DNA of 64,000 nt. It comes from Monocercomonoides exilis PA203. Taxonomy: Eukaryota; Protista; Preaxostyla. The notes beneath the pieces are model-generated. The model was given only the letters and a program-made list of their open reading frames with translations, did not search any database and was not told the origin of the DNA. The position numbers and the translations under genes are program-made. The DNA lies in the NCBI GenBank assembly GCA_001643675.2, contig LSRY02000021.1, forward strand, positions 1,302,001 to 1,366,000, read 5' to 3'. Of the stretch, positions 1 to 9,955 are shown in pieces (positions within the stretch are counted from its first letter, which is position 1; the number at the start of each line of letters is the position of its first letter).

Positions 1-18
1 TTAAGAAAAAATCGATAA

Positions 19-346
19 TTTGTTCCATGCAATTTCTGCATCGAATACTTGCAATTCTAACATTCTCATGCAAAATAAAATATTTAAATATTAAAAAGTT
101 GATGAAAATTTTTGAAAAGATTGTGTGGAACAAAATTCATAAAGCATATTATTTTGTCCCATTTGTGACTGAATTCTTTAATTTATGAAAAATTCAATGA
201 TTTGTTCCAAACTTTTTCTGCAATCGAATGATTATTATTCTAATGTTATCGTGCAATATTAATTATTAAAATATAAAAAATCGAAAAAAATCTTTGAAAG
301 AACTGTGTGGAACAAAATTCATGAAACATAAAATTTTGTCCCATTT
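19..346. repeat. Two tandem diverged ~145-bp units (period ~181 bp), each bounded by TTTGTTCCA...TGGAACAAA
   Basis: Units at about 19-164 and 201-346 both start tttgttcca and end tgtgtggaacaaaattcat..a.cata..attttgtcccattt. A third copy lies at about 6736-6880. Confidence 0.75.
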
Positions 347-403
347 CGAATGTTTATCCATCGTTTTTTGTATAGGCATTTTGCTGTCTGAATCTGAAAA
401 ACT

Positions 404-666
404 ATATGGGTCATTATTTTTGAAAACATATTTTTTTTCGGGGAATTGATTTATAAAAGATTGTTTGTCAATGGGAAGTGTTTTTGTATTCAGATGAATA
501 TATAATCACAACTGTTTCAAAAATAAATGTTATTTTCGAATCAAAGATAAAAATGTCTTTAATAAACCTTTTCACTTTTCAATGTTCATTGGCTAATATT
601 TAAAAGAAAATTTTGAACCGAAATTTTTGAAAGAAAAAATGTGCTTTCAAAAATAATCACCCATAT
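404..666. mobile_element. MITE-like unit A (~263 bp) with ~25-bp terminal inverted repeats
   Basis: Starts atatgggtcattattttttgaaa and ends tttcaaaaataatcacccatat. Its reverse complement aligns by eye along the whole of 1403-1666. Confidence 0.55.
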
Positions 667-721
667 GTAAAAAAAATTTTGTTTAGAATCACTTTTTAAA
701 ACTTGCAGAAATACACCAAAA

Positions 722-1816
722 ATAATTCAAAGTCGAAAAACTTTCAAGCAAAGTCGAAAGTTCGATTAACTTCAAATTTTCAAAAAGTGACAAAAATCAA
801 TAATAGTCGAAAAAACATTGTTATTGTTGAAATACTAATGATATTTGTTATTTTCATGACTTTTCATCTTTTTTCCCAATATAATTTTTTTTTTATTTGT
901 CCTATTACAAATTTAAAATTATGAGAGAAATTCTGACATATTTTTATCTCATTTCAATTGAAAGCACTCTTCTTCACAGAAATTTCATTATAGAAATTTT
1001 TTATTTTTTTTCCTGTTTTATGCAGAATGAAGAACACAGTTTGGGCTCTCTTATTTTTTGTTTTTTCATCACAAACAACTCATTTCTTATTGAAAGAAAC
1101 AAATGTTCTTAGTTATGTTAAGATTTTATTTTTGAGTTAATTTTGGTTCAAAATCTTCATATTTTGCAGAAATCAACGATACACACATTACTGATAATGT
1201 TCGCAAAAATAAAAGTACAATATGGGTAATTCTTTTTGAAAAGTCGCAAATGTGTAATTTTCAAATAAATCAAAAATTTCATATTTTGCTCAAATTAATG
1301 TTTCCACTCACCAAACTTCACTTATATGGAATATATTTCTGGATAAAGCTATTTCATTCATTCTAAAGAAATTTCGTGAGTGGAAACATTAATTTGAGCA
1401 AAATATGGGTGATTATTTTTGAAAACATATTGTTTCATACAAAATTTTCAGTACTAAAATATTTCTTGAATATCAATAAACAAAAACTGAAAAGTGAAAA
1501 GGCTTATTGAATGCATTTTAATCTTTTATTCGGAAAAAGCATTTGTTTTAAATAACAATTGTCATGCTATTTCTCTTTTGAATTAGAATTTTCTTTCAAA
1601 AAACATACAATTTTTGAAAATAAACACCCCGAAAAAAGATATGATAAAAAAAATCATCACCCACATTCAAATTTTTATTAATTTGAAAATTAAACATTTG
1701 CGACTTTTCAAAAAGAATTACCCATATTTTTCTTCAATTGAATTCTCTTTATTTAAAGTTATTTTTTTTTTGTCAAATTTTCGATTTCGTTTGAAAGTTT
1801 TTCGACTTTGAATTAT
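722..1816. repeat. Nested inverted-repeat (foldback/MITE-like) complex
   Basis: Perfect IR pairs: 722-747/1791-1816 (26 bp), 1219-1253/1694-1728 (35 bp) and 1280-1311/1376-1407 (32 bp). It encloses unit B (1403-1666), an inverted homologue of 404-666. Confidence 0.75.
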
Positions 1817-2010
1817 ATTTAATGTATTAAATAGACCAAATGTTAAAAAATTGTTCATTTATTGATAAAAAATAAATATCTATTTAACAATTTAAGAAAT
1901 GTTTTCATATTATTTTAGAAACAGCGTTTTTTAATTTTTCAGTTTTTTCTTTTCTTTTCTTTTTTTTTTGTGATTCAATTTTTTTTAAGTTTTCATAATT
2001 TCTTTGAAGA

Positions 2011-2277
2011 AGATAATATTCTTATCAAAGAGAGTTTTTTAAAAAATTCAAGTTCCAATTTGAAGATTTTCTATAATTCAACTGTTTTCAAAATTTAATT
2101 TATCAATAATACTTTTTTATTGAGAGTTTCATTCAACATAATTTGATTTTGTTGCTTTATTTTCGTTATCTCAAAATTAATGAATTTCACTATATTTTTA
2201 AAAAAATAATAAATAACAATCATTTTATATCTATTCATTCAAAAAGAATTATTAAAAATATGTATTTTTCTTTTTGA
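2011..2277 (+). repeat. Left inverted arm (267 bp)
   Basis: Base-by-base match to the reverse complement of 6165-6431, with a single mismatch at 2041. Confidence 0.92.
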
Positions 2278-2738
2278 TAAGTCACAAATATATTTTTTTC
2301 AAGATGCATATTTTTTTGAGTTTTTTAATCAACACTTTCAATCGATCTGTGTTTAGTTGCAGTCATACAAATTTTGTCTATTAAAGATATCCAACAAACA
2401 ATGAATTGCATTGCTGCCAAATTTGACAAAATATAGGCGAGTTTTTGTGAAAAAAGCCAAATATTTTCTCACTTGAAAATAAAACATTGGCAAATGAGTA
2501 TTATACGACCAGCTGAAATAAACAAAATTTTCTTCTTTTTTCAATTATTGTGTGTCAAAAAGATATGAAACACAAACATATTTCTGTGTTTATATATGAA
2601 AAGTGTATGTGTTGAATATTCTGAAATATTCATGAACCCATTAATAATAAAAATAATTTGTGTGCAAATATTCATTAATTCAATAAGTATATATAAAAAT
2701 ACAAATATAAAACTTATTTTAAATTGATTTATAGAGTG

Positions 2739-3773
2739 ATGTTGAGCATATCGTGTTCAAAACAAGAGATAAATGAATTGAAAATATAATTTTCATGCAA
2801 CGAATGTTCATTTGACAGGATCATCAACAATATCCTAAACACGAATGAAGAAAACTGTTCAAATTGTGGATCAAAAATGTGTGTTTATAAAAGATCTGAA
2901 ACAAAAAGACTAAATAGATGCTCAAATTGAGGAAAATCTATAAGCTTATTTCATATTGCTTCCTTTTTCAATATCAAAATTCATTTTAACAAATTATAGC
3001 ATATTCTTCTAAAAAACTGTCTAAAAATTAATATCTCACAGACGTGTTTGTAGCGGAATCCTGATAGAAGAACAGTTTCATTTTGGCATTCTCATTGCAG
3101 ATCATCTTCTGTCAAGTTCTTATTTGAAGATTTTGAAGCGATCGGAGGTGAGGTGAGAATTGTTGAAATCGATGAAACACCGTTGAGAAGAAGGAAATAC
3201 CACAAAGGAAGGAGGAATTTTCAAATTTGGTTATTTGGAGGAATTGAATGGGCTGATATAGAAAGAAAGAGCAGATTTTTCATTATTAGAGTTGAAAAAA
3301 GAAATAAAAGAACATTATTACCGTTAATCCCATCAAATATCAAACCGTAAACAACAATTTATACGGACGAATGACCAGTCTGCAAGTGTTTGCTGGAGTA
3401 TAACAATATTCATCAAACTGTGTGTCATAAGTTTCACTTTGCAGATCCAATCACAAAAGTGTGCACAAACAGCATAGAGAGCTTATGGTCGAGATTTCGG
3501 AATTGTTTACCAAAATTTGGAGTGAGAAACAAATATATTGGCGATCGCCTTGCTGAGTTAATGTTTCATAAAACCAAAAAAATGAAATTTCATTCATTCA
3601 TAAAAAGAATATTGTATTCAATTCCAGAATCTGAAAACCCCGATGAAGATCCAGAAGATAAAACAGAAGATGAGTCAGTTACGCCTTTTTTTGAAGAATC
3701 ATTAGAAGATACATATTAAGATGAGTTTGGGGCAGGAGATGGAGAATCAGCATCAGAATATCAAGAGGATTAA
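2739..3773 (+). pseudogene. Merlin / IS1595 (ISXO2-like) DDE transposase pseudogene
   Basis: One continuous frame from ATG 2739: Zn-ribbon CSNC...CSN*, IGGEVRIVEIDET, RKYHKGR, WLFGGIE, TLLPLI, TTIYTDE*, HQTVCH..F.DP..VCTNSIESLWS, then an acidic tail. In-frame stops at 2787, 2928, 2997, 3051, 3348, 3372 and 3717, with no frameshift. Confidence 0.9.
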
Positions 3774-3863
3774 AAATTTGATCCCACAAATTTTTATTTT
3801 TCGTTTATTTTATTTTTCGTTTTTTTCGTCATTATTTGAAACAACATTGTTTCAAACATGATA

Positions 3864-6062
3864 TAGCCAGGGACAAAACCCGGTATACTTCAGTATAGAA
3901 TAATTTTTTTGAATGTTTATTTAAAACAATTCCAAATCAAAAAACAATTCTTGATTAACTTTCTTGATTATTTCTTTTGAATGCCTGTCAAAAATTTAAT
4001 CTCTTCAATAAGAAATTATATCAAATAGAATGATCAAACTTCCATAAATCATATGAAAAAAGCAAACGTTTCTTCGCCTCTTCCTTTCAATAAATTATCA
4101 CCGATTAAGGCCTCAGCAGAGTTTCGCAGGCTCCCTTCCAAAGTGGAAAAAGTTGATTATCTTCTGAAACAAGATGGAATTAAACCTTCAGATCTTGTGA
4201 AAGATAAAATAATTACTCATTCTTCCATTTACCGGCATCTGGCTTAAAAAAAAGCAGGGCGTGATCCTCAACATGCTGGAAGACCAGGACTATTCAATAA
4301 AGAGGAAATCGAGGAAATAGAGGATTGTGCAATTGCACAAATATCATCCACAAACAAATTGACAGTTTCATACATTATCAGATTCGTGTGTTGTTATTTG
4401 TTTGTTTTATTTTTTAATTGTGCATTTTTGATAGTCAAAAAATGTGCTGATGAAGAAAAAGAAGGGATGCACGCAAACGCCTGAAGTCAGGAAAATCAGC
4501 AAAAAATGGGCACGCAGGTTGAAAAAGAAAAGTGGATTACTCAAATTAATAAAACCAACTTTTATAGATTTTCATCGCCTTCAAGCATCTACCATTGATA
4601 ATATGAGGAATTGGTTTTCGTTGTTGAAAAATGTGATTGATGATTGTAATATTTCATCAGATTTAATCATCAATATGGATGAAACTGGTATCTTGATGAA
4701 GCAGTCGGACGAGGAAATAGTAGTAACAAAAGAATCTCAACATGCTTTTTTACCAGAAGCACAGAGAAGGAAAAATGCTACATTATTTTTTTCTATTTTT
4801 GCAGATGGGACGTCACTTGATCCAATCATGCTATGGCCTTCTCAGACCATTTCCGAGGATCTAAAGGAATTGAAGTATCATCGAATTAACTGTTTGGCAA
4901 ATGGGACAGGCTGGATGACAAGAAGAGATTTTGAAAAGGTTATGATAGAAATATTATTGCCAAAAATAAATGAGAAAAGAGTTGAGCTTCATGGACCGTC
5001 TTCCTACGCTTTGATTATTCTTGATGGGCATTCCTCTCGCCTAAGTTTTCCAGTGATATCTTGGTGCAGAGATCACTTCATCCATTTATTGATTCTTCCA
5101 TCACATACAACACATCTTACTCAGCCGCTGGATAGGTTTGTATTCGCGCATTTCAAAAGTAGCTTAAAAAGAGCTTTCTCGGTTCCTTCTGATTCGTCAA
5201 TTTCTTCTTACAGAAAATCATTAATACCAGCAGTATCAGAAGCGGTTAATAACTCTCTCTCTCCAAGAATTGCGAAAAAGTCATTTGAAGCATGCGGAAT
5301 TTTCCCATTTGACCCTTCTATCGTATATCAGTGCCTTCCGCAGAACATTGAAGCCTCTTCGATAGCAGAAAAAGTGGTAAACAATTCTTCTCTTTCAAGC
5401 AGTATCAGCATGAAATTACTAACAGGAGATAATTTTTTCGAAAGCTTTTCCATGCAATTAGATAAAAAAAGAAAAGTCAGCCAAACAGCTCAGAAACAAA
5501 GCAGGATGTTTCAATTTCTAAGGTGAAGGAATCATCTAATGTTAAGGACAAAAGCTCCAATGAAACAGGACCTGTTGAAAATGTCAACTTAAAAAATCAT
5601 AGAAGGAAAACAATTATTCACGATGATGTTTCTTCGGAACAATCTGATTATTCAGAGGATCGGAAAGAGCAACGAGATACATCAGAAGAAGAGATTCTTT
5701 TCCCCAGTGAAAAAAGGAAAAGAAAACCAACTTCAGAAAGCAAATGGGGTTCCATCTTCAATTACAGTTAAAAATATTTAATGTGAGTTACAAATTATTT
5801 GTTCTTTGCTTATATAAACATGATTCGACGTTATTCAACAGTGCTTTGTTTTCAATTGCTTTTTAAGCGCCAATCTTTTTTAACTGTTATTTTTTATGCA
5901 AATTCAATTCAGGCATTTTTATTTGGCTTGTTCGATCCACCTAAATACACGAAAAACTCGATATTCAGTTATTTTTACCATATAAATGTATTGAATTGTG
6001 TCAAAAAAAGCTGAGTGGAATATCCCGGGTTTTGTCCTTGTCCCGGGTTTTGTCCCTCACTA
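3864..6062 (+). mobile_element. pogo/Fot1-like (Tc1/mariner superfamily) DNA transposon with TA target-site duplication
   Basis: Left TIR tagccagggacaaaacccgg (3864-3883) and right TIR ccgggttttgtccctcacta (6043-6062), flanked by TA at 3862-3863 and 6063-6064. Encloses a DDE_1 transposase. Confidence 0.88.
4053..5526 (+). pseudogene. pogo-like DDE_1 (DD35D) transposase, 2 exons (4053-4385, 4435-5526), with a premature TAA at 4245
   Basis: Catalytic motifs INMDETG, LIILDGHSSR and LPSHTTHLTQPLD, with 35 residues between D2 and D3. The N-terminal HTH-type region (GRPGLFNKEE) joins in frame through a GT..AG intron at 4386-4434. A probable frameshifted basic C-terminal tail lies at 5523-5771. Confidence 0.85.
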
Positions 6063-6164
6063 TATATCAGAAGTTGGTTGCAGTTAAATCCTTTATAACT
6101 CGTTTTTTTAATCATTTTTTAAACTGGCCGAATGATTCTTATTTGCCTAAACATTGGCGACTTT

Positions 6165-6431
6165 TCAAAAAGAAAAATACATATTTTTAATAATTCTTTT
6201 TGAATGAATAGATATAAAATGATTGTTATTTATTATTTTTTTAAAAATATAGTGAAATTCATTAATTTTGAGATAACGAAAATAAAGCAACAAAATCAAA
6301 TTATGTTGAATGAAACTCTCAATAAAAAAGTATTATTGATAAATTAAATTTTGAAAACAGTTGAATTATAGAAAATCTTCAAATTGGAACTTGAATTTTT
6401 GAAAAAACTCTCTTTGATAAGAATATTATCT
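6165..6431 (-). repeat. Right inverted arm (267 bp)
   Basis: Reverse complement of 2011-2277. Confidence 0.92.
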
Positions 6432-6735
6432 ACTTTATAGAAATAATGTGAATTATTTTTGAAAAAATAGGTGATGAACTTCATTGAGCAACAGAAAATT
6501 TGATAACAGTTAAGCATATGAAAGACAACAATACACAAAATCTGAGATCTCTTCTCATTTTTTGAAGATTTCAAAATCATTTTGAGAAGAAGAAAATTAT
6601 CATATTTTGAAGGTTTTTGCTTTATTTTTAAAAATTGAAAATTGTTTAATGATAAAGAAAAAATTCACTTCAAATTTGTCGATGAGGCTGTGAAAAAATG
6701 GGGCAAAAATTTTGCAACTAAGAAAAAAACTGAGA

Positions 6736-6880
6736 TTTGTTCCAAACTTTTTCAACAATCTTTTCATTATAAATCAACCGAAACTATGCAAATAATTACA
6801 GAAAAATTATAAGATTGAGAAAAATATTTGTCAGAGAAGGATGGAACAAAATTCATGAAGCAAAATATATTGTCCCAAAT
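6736..6880. repeat. Third copy of the TTTGTTCCA...TGGAACAAA unit
   Basis: tttgttccaaactttt ... tggaacaaaattcatgaagcaaaatatattgtcccaaat, in the same orientation as the copies at 19-346. Confidence 0.65.
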
Positions 6881-6916
6881 AAAATAAAATAAAACTCATG
6901 TTAATTTAAGGCGAAT

Positions 6917-6960
<44 letters not shown>

Positions 6961-7081
6961 ATTCAAACAATAAAATTGAAAACATAAAAATTACCATATT
7001 TCAAATTACTGACAAATTGCTAGCAGATGACAAACAAAAAATTAAATTATATAAAAAGATATTTTGTTGTATTTCACTTTC

Positions 7082-8508
7082 TTAAACATTCACAAAATAA
7101 TCAGAAACATTCAAAGGGAATTGACAATAATACATTTTGTTATAAAAATCAAATGTTTTATGAAAGTTTATAATGACATCTTCATATCCTTCTTCTTCCA
7201 TCTTTTCGTATATCTCCATTTTTGCTGCTTTTCTTTCCTTTTCTTTCATTTCACGATCCTCCTCTTCTTTCATTTTTTTTGAAATCCACTGACATAATTT
7301 CAGGCAATCAAATGTTATTTCATCATTCAACGTTGATTGCTGAATCTCCCCCAAAATTACATCAGCAACTCCTTCATTAAATAAAGCAACAATACTGACA
7401 CCCTGGAGGTCTGATATAGTAATTAAAAGACGAATGCACCATTCACATACTTTTCTTTCATTCTCTCTTGCTGCCATATACAGTCTAACCACACAAGAAA
7501 TCACTCTAATATATTCCACTTTCCATGACTGATAATAATAAAAACAAAACTCTATGACGATAAGCCATCTTATTATCATATTTTCTCCTTTACTTCCTTT
7601 CCCTCCCTCTTTTCTCTTCCAATCAACATGCTTTGCCAGCTCTTCCAGTTCTTTTGTTGCCTCTCTGATGAAATGCAGTTCATTCACAATCACCTCTTCA
7701 AATGTTATTTCAGAATACAATCCATAAATCAGAAGCTTCCAAGCAGAATGATATGCAATTCGCGATAGATTGTGATGTTCCTGATGATGTTTTATAATCT
7801 CTTTGATTTTATTTAAATATAGCTCTTTTTGTATTTCCTATTAAAAAAAAAAAAACTCGAAAAAGGAAGTAGAACAGAACATACATTTATTCTAAAAATG
7901 TTACTCAATGCAAGCAAAGCAATTTCCACATCATTTTGCGTTTTCTCATTTTCTTCCGTATTCAATGCAACTTTTAGAAGACGAGGCATGCAAATTGAAA
8001 CATAATCTTCTGAAATAAAACCATTAAAGAGCAGCAGATAACATTCACAAAGATCAACAAAGAGCTTTTCACGCTTTTCCTCTTTCCCCTTTTCTTCTAC
8101 AATCAACTTCTCAATCTTTATCTTCAAGGAAGAATTTCCGAAACCTTCATTCCTAAAACTCTTCAAAACTTTGCGATATCCGAGGTGCTTTAATATTAAA
8201 AGTAAATTTTTTAAAGGTATTTTGCTTTCTTCAATCATTTTCCCCATTTTATCGGGAACTTTTGCTGCAAAAATTGATTCAATTTCCTTTTTATCTATTC
8301 CCTCTAACATTGTAATAATTTCTTCAATTTTCTGTTTTTGCACTATTTCTGTACAGCTCTCCAGTTCGAAAAGCAATTCTTTAAAAAAAGTTCAAGCACA
8401 AATATTTCACTTTTAATCAACAATTAAAATAATCGAACTTGAAAAATGTTCGGTCACTGATATCTCTTTAATATTTTCTGTAATCTTATTACCAGTGCAC
8501 ATACACAT
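7082..8508 (-). CDS. Lineage-specific alpha-helical (ARM-like) multicopy family protein, 3 exons, ~439 aa
   Basis: Exons 8508-8439, 8378-7885 and 7837-7082 join in frame through GT-AG introns 8438-8379 and 7884-7838. Motifs VDLCECY, PRLLKVAL, VEIALLALSNI, HQEHHNLSRIAY.SAW, VNELHFIREA and EKMEEEGYED resemble a highly expanded Monocercomonoides hypothetical family (recalled, not searched). Confidence 0.8.
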
Positions 8509-9955
8509 TCTATTTATGCAAAATATGTTCAATTTGTGGAGTTAAGTTTTACAATTAATAGAATAATCAAAAAATACAAACATCAACAATTATCTTACAA
8601 AACGAAAATGCAACAGTTGGAATGCCAAGTGATTTGATTTATAAATATTAATTTAAAGAAGAAAAATTTTCACAATCAACGAATTTTGTTGTATAATGCT
8701 AAAAATACTTTCGTTCTTTTGATTAAACAAACAGAAAATAAAATTGGGTGGAAAATTTTTATTGTCTTTGCTTAAAAAGAAGAGAGTATTTTACGTTTTG
8801 GAATTGACTTCAATTCTTAAGTGCGAATGAAGAATGTGAAGGAGACAACAAATACAAGCAAACAACCAAATTATCAATGAGAAAATATTTATCGTCGTTT
8901 TGCGAAGTTGATAGAAACTGAAAGAGAGCCCAACGAATGCTTGCATTCTCAAATAATTTCATTTGTTGTTGACTTGAGCGATTTTAAATTCATTCAAAAT
9001 AAATTGTGAGATCGTTGAAGATAAACGAAACGAAAACTTTAAAAATTTAAAAAATATTGAGTGAACAAAAGCATTGGAGGGCCAATATAAAGAATATGAA
9101 TAAACTGTTAGTCAAATGACAAAAGAACAATATTTAGAAATTCAACTACAGAAACAGTTCAATTCTTGAGAAATGGAATTTTAATTGAAAATTTGTAGAC
9201 ATGCTCAAACTGCAAAGTTACAGAACACAACACTTGATAATATAACAGTCGTAGCAACATCAAGCTAATATTTTAGTTCCCTTTTGGACTAATTTATCAT
9301 CAACAATCATTTATTTTCTGTTGAAAGGAAAATAAATGTGAGATATGTCGAAGACTTCATTGCAGCGATTCTTTTCACAAACTCAAAATCATTTTCCTAG
9401 CGACCAAAAGCAAAATTGCAATTTTTATGAAAAAATAGACAGCAATAGCTTTATCATGAGCAAGCCGAAGTATGAGAGAAATAATCTATTTTATTTATTT
9501 TCTGAAAGTTAATTTGCTTCTTTGAGATCTTTTTTAAACACTCAAGACGTACCTCCGCTATCCAGTAAGAACATATTTGGACAATGAAATTTGCATGTAA
9601 TTAAATATCCTTCTGAACACATGCTAATCAATATTGACTTCTAAATAACCATCGTATCCTTTAAAATTTTCATTCTCTTTTCAACATTTGAACTTGCATA
9701 AACGTATCGTTTAAAAATTTCGTTCCTTTTTTCTTATTTATTTTTATTTCTCAATCAGCAACAAAAGCATTCATCATTTTCCTCATTATCCTTAACCTTT
9801 ATCTTTAAAATGCGAAAATATTTCTGCTTTTCTATCAATTTTATCATCTCCTTGAAGAGCGCAGATGGACTTGTTTCATTTATTTAACAAATTTGCATTC
9901 TTCTGTTTTCCACACATCCCTGAATGATACCCATAAAAATTGTTCTTTTTAAAAT

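Larger units (their letters stand above)
2011..6431 (+). mobile_element. Merlin/IS1595-type DNA transposon relic bounded by 267-bp inverted arms, containing a nested pogo-like element
   Basis: 2011-2277 is the reverse complement of 6165-6431 with one mismatch. The arms enclose a degenerate IS1595/ISXO2-type transposase. True termini and TSD were not resolved. Confidence 0.7.

Noticed and set aside
19-1816. CRISPR-like array
   Set aside because: The repeats are inverted or diverged with no regular repeat-spacer period, the context is eukaryotic and there are no cas genes.
2739-4247. In-frame TAA/TAG in both transposases read as Gln (alternative code, as in the oxymonad Streblomastix)
   Set aside because: The Merlin frame also has TGA at expected Cys and Trp positions. 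Host genes here end in TAA or TAG and contain none internally. Ordinary decay is the simpler explanation.
9130-9450. Possible second Merlin N-terminal relic (VQFLRNG..TCSNCK..LFTNSK)
   Set aside because: Too degenerate to support without a search.
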